Shown here one piece after another: positions 53,794 through 64,000 of a stretch of 64,000 nt of DNA. Source of the stretch: the human T2T-CHM13v2.0 reference genome, Homo sapiens; the NCBI GenBank assembly GCA_009914755.4, contig CP068257.2, positions 39,648,001-39,712,000 of the forward strand, given 5' to 3'. Both the position numbers and the translations under genes were made by a program. The notes beneath the pieces are model-generated. The model was not told where the DNA came from, searched no databases, and saw only the letters and a list, made by a program, of their open reading frames with translations. The stretch's first letter is position 1. The number at the start of each line of letters is the position of its first letter.

Positions 53794-54368
53794 GAATTTG
53801 ATCCATTCTTGAACCTCATCATACAGTATGTATGCATGTCGCATTTGATCCATTCTTGAACCTCATCATACAGTATGTATGCATGTCGCATTTGATCCAT
53901 TCTTGAACCTCATCATACAGTATGTATGCATGTCGCATTTGATCCATTCTTGAACCTCATCATACAGTATGTATGCATGTCGCATTTGATCCATTCTTGA
54001 ACCTCATCATACAGTATGTATGCATGTCGCATTTGATCCATTCTTGAACCTCATCATACAGTATGTATGCATGTCGCATTTGATCCATTCTTGAACCTCA
54101 TCATACAGTATGTATGCATGTCGCATTTGATCCATTCTTGAACCTCATCATACAGTATGTATGCATGTCGCATTTGATCCATTCTTGAACCTCATCATAC
54201 AGTATGTATGCATGTCGCATTTGATCCATTCTTGAACCTCATCATACAGTATGTATGCATGTCGCATTTGATCCATTCTTGAACCTCATCATACAGTATG
54301 TATGCATGTCGCATTTGATCCATTCTTGAACCTCATCATACAGTATGTATGCATGTCGCATTTGAGAG
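53794..54368. repeat. Minisatellite/VNTR: 12 tandem, almost identical copies of a 47-bp unit (catttgatccattcttgaacctcatcatacagtatgtatgcatgtcg)
   Basis: The exact 47-bp period is visible in the line offsets (e.g. gcatttgatcc at 53841, 53888, 53935 …). The first unit has one substitution (gaatttg). The array ends with a partial unit, catttgag|agtcatc. Confidence 0.95.
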
Positions 54369-54404
54369 TCATCATGTTGTTGCCTTTGTCAGTGGGGCAT
54401 TTTT

Positions 54405-54426
54405 GTTGTTGTTGTTGTTGTTGTTT
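54405..54426. repeat. (GTT)7 microsatellite
   Basis: The run reads gttgttgttgttgttgttgtt. Confidence 0.9.
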
Positions 54427-54627
54427 TGCTGAGTTGTATTCCACATGAATATACCAAAATTTGTTCCTCCATTTTCCTGTAGATGGAATGTTGGGTTGTA
54501 TATGGTTTGCTGCTATAATCACATGTGGATACTGTGGACAGAGGGTATGCAGTTTTTTCTCTAGGATCTAGCTGCCATGGATGAATTGCATCCACCCCCA
54601 CCAAAACAAAAACAAAAACAAAAACAT

Positions 54628-54990
54628 TCATAGGTTGAAGCCCTAATCTTTCAATTAGATGGCTTTGGGGTGGTTGGAGATAGGGCCTTTGGGAGGTAAT
54701 TAGGCTCAGATGAGGTCATGAAGGTGGGCCCTCATAATAGGATTAGTGCCCTTCTAAGAAGAAACACCAGAGCCCTCACTTCTTCTCTCTGTTTCTCCAC
54801 CATGTGAGGACACAGTGAGAAGACAGTGATCAGTCTGCAAGCCAGGGAAAGACACTCACCAGGAACTGAATCAGCCAGTACCTTGACCTTAGACTTTCCA
54901 GACTCCAGAACTGTGAGAAATAAATGTGTGCTGTTTAAGTCCCCAGAGTATAGTGTTCGTTACAGCAAACAGACTAAGTCTTGCCTAAGG
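54628..54990 (+). mobile_element. MLT1-type MaLR LTR
   Basis: The sequence reads gttgaagccctaatctttcaattagatggctttggggtggttggagatagggcctttgggaggtaattaggctcagatgaggtcatgaaggtgggccctcat…ccaccatgtgaggacacagtgagaag…ccagactccagaactgtgagaaataaatgtgtgctgtttaag. Confidence 0.65.
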
Positions 54991-55194
54991 AGACTAAGGC
55001 ACCATGGCAGGTGCCCCATACATATTTGTTAATTTGATTTTATTTGATCTGTGTCTATTTCAAAGGTAATGTCAACATCAAATGACAATCTAGAGGGAAA
55101 AATGTACAATGAAAATATTTTTAAAAACAGTAGTTCTTGCTATTGATGATGTTTTATTTTAAAAGGAATATGTAATTAAAGTAATTTAAGGAAA

Positions 55195-56070
55195 TATGAT
55201 GCACAACAGTCCACTGGGCAAGGGACTTAAGTGGACATTTCTCCAAAGATGATATACAAATAGCCAACAAGAGCGTGAAAAGATACTCAACACTACTAGC
55301 AATTAGGACAATGCAAACCAAAACCACAATCAGATATCACTTCATACCCATTAGGAAGGCTACTATTAAAAAAAAAAGAGAGAGAGATAACAACATGCGT
55401 TGGTGAGGATGTAGAGAAACTGGATGCCCTGTGCACTGAGTGGGATTATAAAATTGTGCAGCTATGGAAAACAGTATGGTGATTCCTCAAAAAATTAAGA
55501 ATAGAATTATCGTATGATCCAGCAATTCCACTTCTCAGTATGTATCCAAAAGAATTGAAAGCAGGATCCAGAAGAGATATTTGCACACCCATGTTCATAG
55601 CAGTATTATTCACAGTAATTAAGAGGCAGAAGAAACCCAAGTGTCCGCGGATGGATGAATGAATAAACAAAATGTGGTACATATGTCCAATGGAATTTTA
55701 TTCAGCCTTAAAAAGAAAAGAAATTTTGACACATGCTACAGCATGGATGAACTTGGAGGACATGATACTAAGTGAAATAAACCAGTCACAAAAAGACAAA
55801 TAGTGTATGATTCCGCTTATATGAAGTATCTAGAGTGCTCAACTTCATAGAAAAAGCAGAATGGTGGTTTCCAGGGGCTGGGGGCAAGGGTAAATGGTGA
55901 GTTGTGCAATGAGTACAGAATTTTAGTTTTGCAAGATGAAAAAGTTCTGGAGATCAGTAATGTGAATTTATTTAACTCTATTGGACTTTACACTTCAAGA
56001 TGGCTAAGGTGGTAATTTTATGTTGTGCATTTTTTAGCCACATTTTTTAAAAATTGAAAACAAACCCAGA
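55195..56070 (+). mobile_element. L1 3'-end (L1PB/L1MA-like), sense
   Basis: ORF2 C-terminal DNA (…tggacatttctccaaagatgatatacaaatagccaacaag…caatgcaaaccaaaaccacaatcagatatcacttcatacccattagg…) is followed by the 3'UTR motif ggtggtttccaggggctgggggcaagggtaaatggtgag. Confidence 0.7.
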
Positions 56071-57179
56071 GATAAGTCTGGGTTACCTCTGAAGTCAGGT
56101 GAGCTAAAGATGAAGGTAAGATTGGCGGTCAGTTCATTGGTTTAAGGGAGTCGTTCCAACTAGCTGGAGAGTGGCTTCTTAGTATTCTTGCACAGCAGGT
56201 CCGAGTGGCATCCAGACTCAAACGGGCCGTGCTCAGGCCCAACGCTGGCATGATTCTTGAGTCATTAGGAAGGATTCCTTACTGTGGAGACCCCTGTCTT
56301 CTGGTCCCTCTGGTTTGGGGAGACTGCAGGTGGGGGTGAACTGGAGGAATAAAGCCACATTGTCCACAGGACATGTGTCCCTAGAACTTCCCAGGAGCAA
56401 AGACAATGGTGGAGGGAGACTCAGGGCCAAGCCCACCAGGGTGACCCACAGGGTGGATAATGTCCCTGGGAAGGCAGGGCACCTTGGGCTTCTTGAGAGA
56501 GCAGAGGCCGGAGCAGAGTAGAACTACCAAGAACCAGCCGGACCCTGGGGCGGGGACTGGGTCTTTCGCAGACCCTGCTTCCCTGGAGCTCTCTTCTGCA
56601 AAAGTGACCAACTGGGCTCGGAGTTTTAACTTGCCCTTGTTACCTGAGGCCACTGTGACTATCATGGGTCAAAAGTGCTATAAAAACCTGATGTGTGTTT
56701 GGAATGAAGGTGTACCCGTGGATGGGGAGAGAGGAGCTATTCCTGTTTGGGGATCCTGATGTCTTCACACATCTGCCTGACCCCCACTCCTGAAGCTCCT
56801 TGGTCATCATATCATATAAAGGAGGACCTGCAGACCCATGCCGTGGCCAGAGGGGCTGGGCATGGCCCTCGCTTCACTTTCCCAGAATGAATTCATCATC
56901 CTGGCAGTAAAAGAGAAAACAAGAGGTGGGGCGCCTGCTAGGCTGGGCTGGGCTGGCAACAGCGAGCCTGTAGCGACTGTTCTGGAGGAAGCAAAGAAGA
57001 CCGATGGCCTCAGACAGTGGACATGGACGGCGAACTTGGACTGGGCTGGGCCTCTGCTTTGTCATTTGAAAGGCTTGGGTCATGCTTCCCTTTCCTCTTG
57101 GGAGACATTAACTGGGAGCCTAGGGAGCCAAAGTATCAAGTGGCGTCGTTTCCTCCCTTCAGAGCCAACCTTGCTGGGC

Positions 57180-57473
57180 TTCTCCGGTCAGATCAGCCCT
57201 GGCCCGGGGTCAGCCCGGCGGGGAACGGGTCCACCCTCCGCCAGCGACCTCAGAGCTCCCGGGCACAGCCCCGCGCACCTGCCCCGCCCACGCCCGCCCC
57301 GCGCACCTGCCGGGTCCGCACCTGCCATTTGCCCGACTGGCCGCGCACCCAGCTGGCCCGCCCCTGCCCGACACGACCGCTGCCCGCCCCTTGCCTTCCT
57401 GACCCAGGGGCTCCGCTGGCTGCGGTCGCCTGGGAGCTGCCGCCAGGGCCAGGAGGGGAGCGGCACCTGGAAG
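57180..57473 (+). promoter_or_regulatory. FAM3B: FAM3B core promoter and 5'UTR inside a CpG island (approx 57180-57760); TATA-less and GC-box rich
   Basis: The region is very CpG dense. It carries GC boxes (ccccgccc) and a direct repeat ccccgcgcacctgcc x2 at ~57268-57315, immediately upstream of the ATG at 57474. Confidence 0.65.
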
Positions 57474-57492
57474 ATGCGCCCATTGGCTGGTG
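57474..57492 (+). CDS. FAM3B: FAM3B exon 1 coding portion (M R P L A G + first base of the Gly codon), followed by a GTGAGT splice donor
   Basis: The sequence reads aagATGCGCCCATTGGCTGGTG|gtgagtgcgc. It splices in frame to exon 2 to give MRPLAGGLLKVVF…, the remembered N-terminus (signal peptide) of FAM3B/PANDER. The ATG has A at -3. Confidence 0.8.
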
Positions 57493-59489
57493 GTGAGTGC
57501 GCCCCCGCCTCGGGGCGAGGGTAGGGGCGGGGAAGGAGGACCCCAGGGGAAGCGTCGCTCCCCAACCCTGCCTGGGACCCGCCACGCTTAGCAAAAGGGG
57601 GAGGGCTGGTTCTTGGCGCCGAGGCTGGTCTTAGACCTGGGATCAGGAATGCGGGAAGCGATTCCAGAGGGGGCGAACAGCGGGGGTTTCCAGCAGGGTT
57701 CCCCGACCCTGTTTCCCCGCGCTCGCCAGGCCTGTTCCCGCCGCCCCAGCCGGGGTGCATGGGATTAGGGAGGAACCTGGAATGTAACACTGTAACATTT
57801 TACTTGGAAAGTAGATTGGTGGGGAGCGCAGGCACAGCCCCGCACCCCCACCCCCCACCCGGGCTCTCCACGCTTCTCCTTCCGGGGAAGGGTACGCGCC
57901 TGCCCCTGCCCCTGACCTTGCACGCCAGGGAGGGGCTGGCCGCTGCCAGTTGGTAAGGCTGTTTTTATTTTTTCCATTTTTCAAACGACTTGACACTGTG
58001 GACGATTTGGAAAAATAGGAAAAAGGAAAGGAGAAACCCATTATTTTGACCAGTCATCGCGTTTCTTGCAGTCTGTCTTAGCTGCGCCTCTGTCCTCTGT
58101 CACTTTCCTGTCACAGACCATCTCGGGTCCTGGTGTCCACTGCCCTGGCCTCTGTCACACATGCCCTTTCTAATTGGTTTTGCGGGTCTCCTCCTATAAT
58201 CTGAAGAACATGGATTCCTCCTGGAGCGACGTAGCCTGGCTGTGTAAAATGGCAGGTTCAGAAGTGGGAAGTTCTCTGGGCCTCTTCGGTAGATCACTTC
58301 CTGTTCCTGGATCCCAGGTCCTCTGTAGTGAGGGTGTTGGACTGAACCATCGCCATTCCTGCCAGCGCCAGCATTCTGGCTGTGATCACACTCCAGCAAG
58401 TTCTAAATGCTCTCTTTTCTGCACCATTCCCAAATGTAGGAAAGCCGCATTTTAAGATTTTTGCCTCGTGTAAAATATTCATATTTTCCTTAAAAACTAT
58501 AAATGACACTGTTTTCGATAACTTGTGTGGATTGTAGGAGAGATATGTATCTCCTCCCTTAGGGCACCGACTTTCATTATAGCTATTCTGGAAAAGTGTT
58601 TTCTATTATTTCTGTATTGTATAATTATTATTTCCTGGTGACTTATGGACAATACTGAATATGATTACATTGCTTTCCCTCAGCCAGGACTTTTTCACAT
58701 CCGGACCTCATGATTCACTCATGAGCTGTGGGGTCCTTTCGTAGGAAGCTTCGAGATGACACCAGGTTTGTATTTATCCAGGTGTATTTGATTGTGGAGA
58801 AGCTGCCCAGGGAACTCAGAGATGCCTCACTTTTGATTTTATGAGCTAAAGATCAGGAGACATTATTGGAGTGGGCCTTGCCCTGGACGCTTCTGTCCAG
58901 TGCTGGGTTTGTTTCAGGCAGACGTTCCCAGGAGGGACATTCAGACTGAATGGGAGGAGCAAGTTGAGCTGCCGCCATGCCTTCGCCTGCAGGGCCTGGT
59001 AGTGGGTATCGTAATACCTTGAAGTGGGCATTGGCCTGTGGACCGTCAAGGCCGGTTACGCTGCACTCCTGCTGTGGTGTTTCAGAGTGGTCCTTCCTAG
59101 CCCTTCTGCCAAAAAGGCTCAGTGCACAGGACAGTGATGACAGTGGACACTGAGGCCAGCAGAGCCTGGGATCCCAAAGGCAGTGAGTCCCAAAATACTG
59201 ACCATCCACCCTCATCTCTCCTGGCCTCTCAAGTACAAAAGGTGTGGGTGTGGCCTTCATGGTGAGGTGATCTGAATACATATTGGTAAGACAGCAGTGA
59301 AAACAGCTTCCCTGTCCTCGTTCAGGTTGAAGGAAATCCCGTCAATAGACCTGGGTCCTAGGGCCTGAGATTGCCCTTTTTAGGTGGCCCTTGGACTGGA
59401 GGGAGGGAGAGAGCCCTAAAATCCTCCTACCTGTAACCCAGTGTCATATCCATTTGGTTTCAGTATTACTTTCTTTCTGGCACCTTTTA

Positions 59490-59788
59490 AATGTTTATTG
59501 TTTACAGACAGGGTCTTGCTCTGTAGCCCAGACTGAAATGCAGTGGTATGATCATAGCTCACTGCAGCCTTGAACTTCTAGGTTCACGAAATCCTCCTGC
59601 CTCAGCCTCCTGAGTAGCTGAGAGTGCAGGCACATGCCACCATGCCCAGCTAATTTTTTTAAACTTTTTGTAGAGATGGTTGCCTATGTTGCCTAGGCTG
59701 GTCTTGAACTCCTGGCCTCAAGTTGAACTCCCGGGTTCCTTAGCTTTCCAAAATGCTGAGGTAACAGGTGTAAGCCACTGCACCCAGC
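59490..59788 (-). mobile_element. Alu (AluJ-like, minus orientation) in FAM3B intron 1
   Basis: The sequence runs …tttacagacagggtcttgctctgtagcccagactgaaatgcagtggtatgatcatagctcactgcagcc…gctgaggtaacaggtgtaagccactgcacccagc. Confidence 0.8.
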
Positions 59789-60424
59789 TTCTGGCTCTTA
59801 AGTGAAGCAGCCAGGACCCTCCTGAGACCCCTGTGGATCTGAGAGTGGGGATTGGCTGGGACATGTGTACATGTACCCACACACATGCACACAGAGGCAG
59901 ACACGCTAGAGGTGAGTCTCTTAGGAGAAAGTTCACTAGCTTTCCCCCTGTGCTAAGAACGGCCTTTGCTCTAACACTCATCCTGTCTGCTGGGCAGCAA
60001 GCACAGTGGAGGAGATTTCCGTGAGCTGATGATGACTTTATTACCTTACAGGGAAAGGCAGGATCCTGGTTTCAAAATCTCAGAAGTGTTCCTGGACTCT
60101 GTGCTTCCTCCCCCACCTCTGAAGCTGCTGGGTCTCCTCCCATCGGGGCAGGCCCACTGGGGCTCCGCGAGTCATCTTAGTGGAAGCCCTGGGCTCCTAA
60201 GCTTTCTTCTTCCCAAGTGTGTCCCAGCTTCAGCGCTGATTCTTCCCTACTGCCTGGTGTCTGAGCCTCTGTCTTGACAGGCTGCCTCAGCTCCTGCCCA
60301 TCCTGCTTTCATCCCCAGGACTGAGCTCTGATTGCTGGTGTCCAACCCACAGAGAGGCTGTGCCACAGCTCGCCCGGTGCTATGTTGGGGCTGAATTGTG
60401 CCTTCCCCCTGCCAACCCCCCAAC

Positions 60425-61075
<651 letters not shown>

Positions 61076-62480
61076 TGCCTGGATTTTGTCTGTCACCTCC
61101 TGGCTACTATGTCCTGCCCTCCCTCTAGCGGCTGGGATACTTCCATGACTTTGTGCTAGACCTGAGCACAGGCTGCTGGTTCAGCTCATCACCCATCTTC
61201 TGATGATGTCCCGATCCCAGTGCTGGCGGCTGGATCTGCCTCCCACCCAGGAGGTGGTTCAGACTCTAGATCATGGCTTCTCCCAGCCAGCTGCATGCTG
61301 CACTCCAGATTGTCCCCAGCCTAGAGGTCATTGGATGCATCCCTCACCCAAAGCACAGATACTCTCTAGTCTTCCTGGGAGTCCTGAAAAGTGTCCCGGA
61401 AGAGAGCTCCCTGCCGCATCAGGACCCGCCATGGGCTACCCTTCTTCTTGTGAGGACACTTGGCTTATTTATTCTCCGTTTTCTTCTCTGTCGTGTCCAC
61501 ATGTTTGTTTTTGTTCAGCTGGGGCCACAGTTACCTATTCCTTCATGTAGCTGCTTGTTACACATTCAAAAGGTAAATAATGTTCCTTTTCAGCCTTCTC
61601 CAAGCTAAACAGCAGCTTGTTGCTCAGGATCTCAGGTGTGGCGTGTTGTCTAGAAGAGCCCCTGAACATTGTCTGGTTAGCCAGTTTCCTTCTCCAAATA
61701 CAACACTTGGATGAAACAGTCCAGCTACGACCCACATGCACAGAATACAGGGCACGGCCTTTTCCTTTGAACGTGTTCTGCTGCTGTCTTAGCCCACTCT
61801 GCACTCTGTTCATCCAACAGAATTTTCTGGAAAATCAGCGACCCACGCGGTGTCACAGGCATGCTGGGTGGCCCTGGAGGGAAGCATCTGTGGTGTCTGT
61901 GTGGGCGCTGTGGCTGGGCTGTGTAGGGGAGAGCACCCTCTAGGCAGAGATCACTCCTGCAGAGGAGTGAGCCCGGGAGTGCAGCGCCCGCAGGTGGCTG
62001 AGCACAACCGTTGGCGCAGCTGCGGGAGAGGGGCCTGCAAGCCTGCACCTGTCTCATTTTGTTTTCTGTGTCTGGTTTATCTGCTTTGAGATGACCTTCC
62101 AGTCCTGAAAACTGCACTGATCACACTGCCTTGGGCCTCTCCCCAGAGGAAACCACCTGTGCTTACTAGTCTAACAATCTTAGCAGTTTGGAAATTCGAA
62201 ATTTAAAAATGGTGTTGAAATATGCACTCAAAAAAGCAAAACAAAACCAAACCCCAAGGCTAACCAGAAACATCGCGTTCTATCCCCATGGCTCCCTCTG
62301 CTGAAGCGCTGGGCCTCCAAGCAATAGCACACGCTGCCTTGGCGCAGCATAGCCGGTGCATGGGTCGGGGACAGCTGCGCTCCTGAGAAAGGAAGGATGA
62401 TCTCTAGGTGCTGGAAGTCAAGCTGAGGTCCAGAACTGCACCCCGGGTGGGGCCCATTGTCAGGCCCTTCAGACTTGACA

Positions 62481-62590
62481 TTCCCTTCTCTTCCTTTCCT
62501 TTTTCCTCCTTTCCTCATTTCCCCTTCACTTCCTTCCTTCTTTCCTCCCTGTCTCTCTCCCTCCTTCCCTCCTTCTCTTACTTCTTAGGA
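62481..62590. repeat. ~110-bp polypyrimidine (CT-rich) tract in FAM3B intron 1
   Basis: The tract reads ttcccttctcttcctttcctttttcctcctttcctcatttccccttcacttccttccttctttcctccctgtctctctccctccttccctccttctcttacttctt and is more than 93% pyrimidine on the + strand. Confidence 0.9.
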
Positions 62591-63516
62591 CTGTCCCTAT
62601 TAGCACATATTTAAATGCACTGGGCACATACCCCAGTACCCATCCTACTCAGGGCCTGTGGTTATCCCTGCATCGTAGCAATCTGGGTAAGCAAACTGCT
62701 GAATAAGTTCTGATCTATGCTATATTTAGGGAGCAAACTCTAAAAGCCCTGGCCATGGGTTGCCAATGAAAAGACAGAGAGCCACCCCCCAGGCCTCTGG
62801 TGACCCAGGAGGAGATCAATGCCTTTTCCTTGGAAATCGTGCCACTCATGTCAAACAAGAGAAGTAAGATATTGTTGCCAATCAACCAGAAAGATATCTC
62901 CACGGACTTTCTGTCACTGGGAACCTTGACTGGCCCAGCAGGCACATCCGTGATGATAGAACAGGTTTGGGGACTTTTTCCCAGTATTACGGGGCCAGGC
63001 CTTGATCCAGCAGGAATACGTTGCATGCTTGCTGGGCATCGGCTACTATTCCCAGTGCTGGTGATATGGAAATCAACAAAACAGACAGAGCTTTACCCCT
63101 GAAGGTTTCAATGTAATTGCAGGAGCGTGCTCAAATCCAGTTGTGTCTCACAAAGGGAATGAGGCGCTTTTGTTTTTTCAGGTTCACGTTGGGCATGCTG
63201 GCTCACAAGGTGCTTGATTAGCTGCTTTGACATAAACGTTCAAGGACGTTTGTTGGTTAAGTTAAGACCTAAACCAACAGCAAATACAACTTGCCCTGGT
63301 AAGCATTCCTGTCTTGTTTGTATTCTCTGATACTGTCTACTTCAAAGGTCCTGACACCGCCTCCCACCCTGGGAGCCTCCTCCCAGGAGCACAGTGCCTA
63401 TAGCGCAGTCCCCTGACACTGGGCCGGGATGAAAAGCCACAGGGGGGATGGGGAGGGCCAAGGGCCAGGGCCGCCACCAAGTCGTTCACAGCAGCTGCTT
63501 GGTGTCCTCTCTGCAG

Positions 63517-63660
63517 GCCTGCTCAAGGTGGTGTTCGTGGTCTTCGCCTCCTTGTGTGCCTGGTATTCGGGGTACCTGCTCGCAGAGCTCATTCCAGATG
63601 CACCCCTGTCCAGTGCTGCCTATAGCATCCGCAGCATCGGGGAGAGGCCTGTCCTCAAAG
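63517..63660 (+). CDS. FAM3B: FAM3B exon 2 (phase 1): (G)LLKVVFVVFASLCAWYSGYLLAELIPDAPLSSAAYSIRSIGERPVLK
   Basis: The acceptor is cctctctgcag|GCCTGCTCAAGG and the donor is …CTCAAAG|gtgagtgcc at 63661. The exon is 144 nt. The hydrophobic signal peptide plus mature N-terminus match the remembered FAM3B sequence. Confidence 0.85.
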
Positions 63661-64000
63661 GTGAGTGCCGTGCTTGGGGCAGACGGCTGCCTTCATGGCT
63701 TGTGTGCAGAGGGAGGAGTGGTGGTTTCTGTCCCAGCTGGAGGCTGGGGGGCCCTGACGGCTTTATATCAGGAAGGAGGAGGAGAGAAGCATTTTGCAGT
63801 TACTCATTTAGGTCCCACGCCATTCCAAGGCACGTGCCGCTGCTGACCCCATGTGAGACTAGAACAGTGTGGCTTCTGGTTACCAGCACAAACCTGCAGC
63901 CAGACCTTGAACTGTGCTCTTTCCGCCCAGATCTTGGCTTCCTCCCCTGGGAAGCACAGGAGGGTCCAGGTTCTGAGATCCCGAATCATTTTAAGGTTTC

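Larger units (their letters stand above)
53570..54560 (-). mobile_element. Ancient L1 (L1M/L1PB-like) 3'-region fragment, antisense, hosting the minisatellite below
   Basis: Both flanks of the VNTR match the reverse complement of the L1 3' region (…ccactgttctgacttctgtcaccacagat… resembles …cccctggcaaccactaatctactttctgtctctatggat…). After the array, gctgagttgtattccacatgaatataccaaaatttgttcctccattttcctgtagatggaatgttgggttg resembles gctgaataatattccattgtatggatataccacattttgtttatccattcatc…gatggacatttgggttg. Confidence 0.55.

Noticed and set aside
53794-54368. Regular 47-bp repeats that could superficially resemble a CRISPR array
   Set aside because: The repeats are directly adjacent with no spacers, and the host is a human L1 fragment. 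This is a eukaryotic minisatellite.
56838-58041. Large overlapping ORFs on both strands (228, 159, 200, 114 and 132 aa) across the FAM3B CpG island
   Set aside because: GC-rich, stop-poor sequence produces long ORFs in several frames at once. They are Pro/Gly/Arg/Ala-rich and low in complexity, and none is compatible with the known FAM3B exon structure.

Overview
This window reads as human genomic DNA from chr21q22.3, covering the 3' end of BACE2, the BACE2-FAM3B intergenic region and the 5' end of FAM3B. All three genes sit on the + strand. It is not prokaryotic and contains no operons, CRISPR arrays or defence systems; the six-frame ORF track is almost entirely noise from GC-rich islands and decayed retrotransposon ORFs.

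Protein-coding content is limited to three exons, all recognised from memory of the protein sequences rather than from a search:
- The terminal coding exon of BACE2 (15744-15997) encodes the transmembrane helix and cytoplasmic tail ending ...LVRHRWK*.
- FAM3B exon 1 contributes only 19 coding nt (ATG at 57474) and lies inside a CpG-island promoter.
- FAM3B exon 2 (63517-63660) completes MRPLAGG|LLKVVFVVFASLCAWYSGYLLAELIPDAPLSSAAYSIRSIGERPVLK.

Roughly half the window is interspersed repeats:
- at least 11 Alu elements;
- many ancient L1 fragments on both strands, plus a nested cluster of three L1 3' ends whose youngest member (L1PA class) still carries 292-aa and 213-aa ORF2 fragments;
- two THE1, about four MLT1 and one LTR12 solo LTR, and two Tigger1 DNA-transposon copies (one full length with TIRs and a TA target-site duplication);
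- a MIR element and several microsatellites.

The most noteworthy non-genic structures are:
- a 12-copy, near-perfect 47-bp minisatellite that arose inside an L1 fragment (53794-54368);
- a 2.4-kb GC-rich block wedged between the two Tigger1 copies, containing an LTR-like CCAAT/TATA/AATAAA module, (GT)n, a ~53-bp tandem repeat and a small orphan CpG island with promoter-like motifs (43507-45903);
- a canonical poly(A) site about 6.9 kb past the BACE2 stop codon, which suggests a long 3'UTR isoform.

All coordinates for repeats are approximate (about ±20 bp) and repeat family names are from memory.
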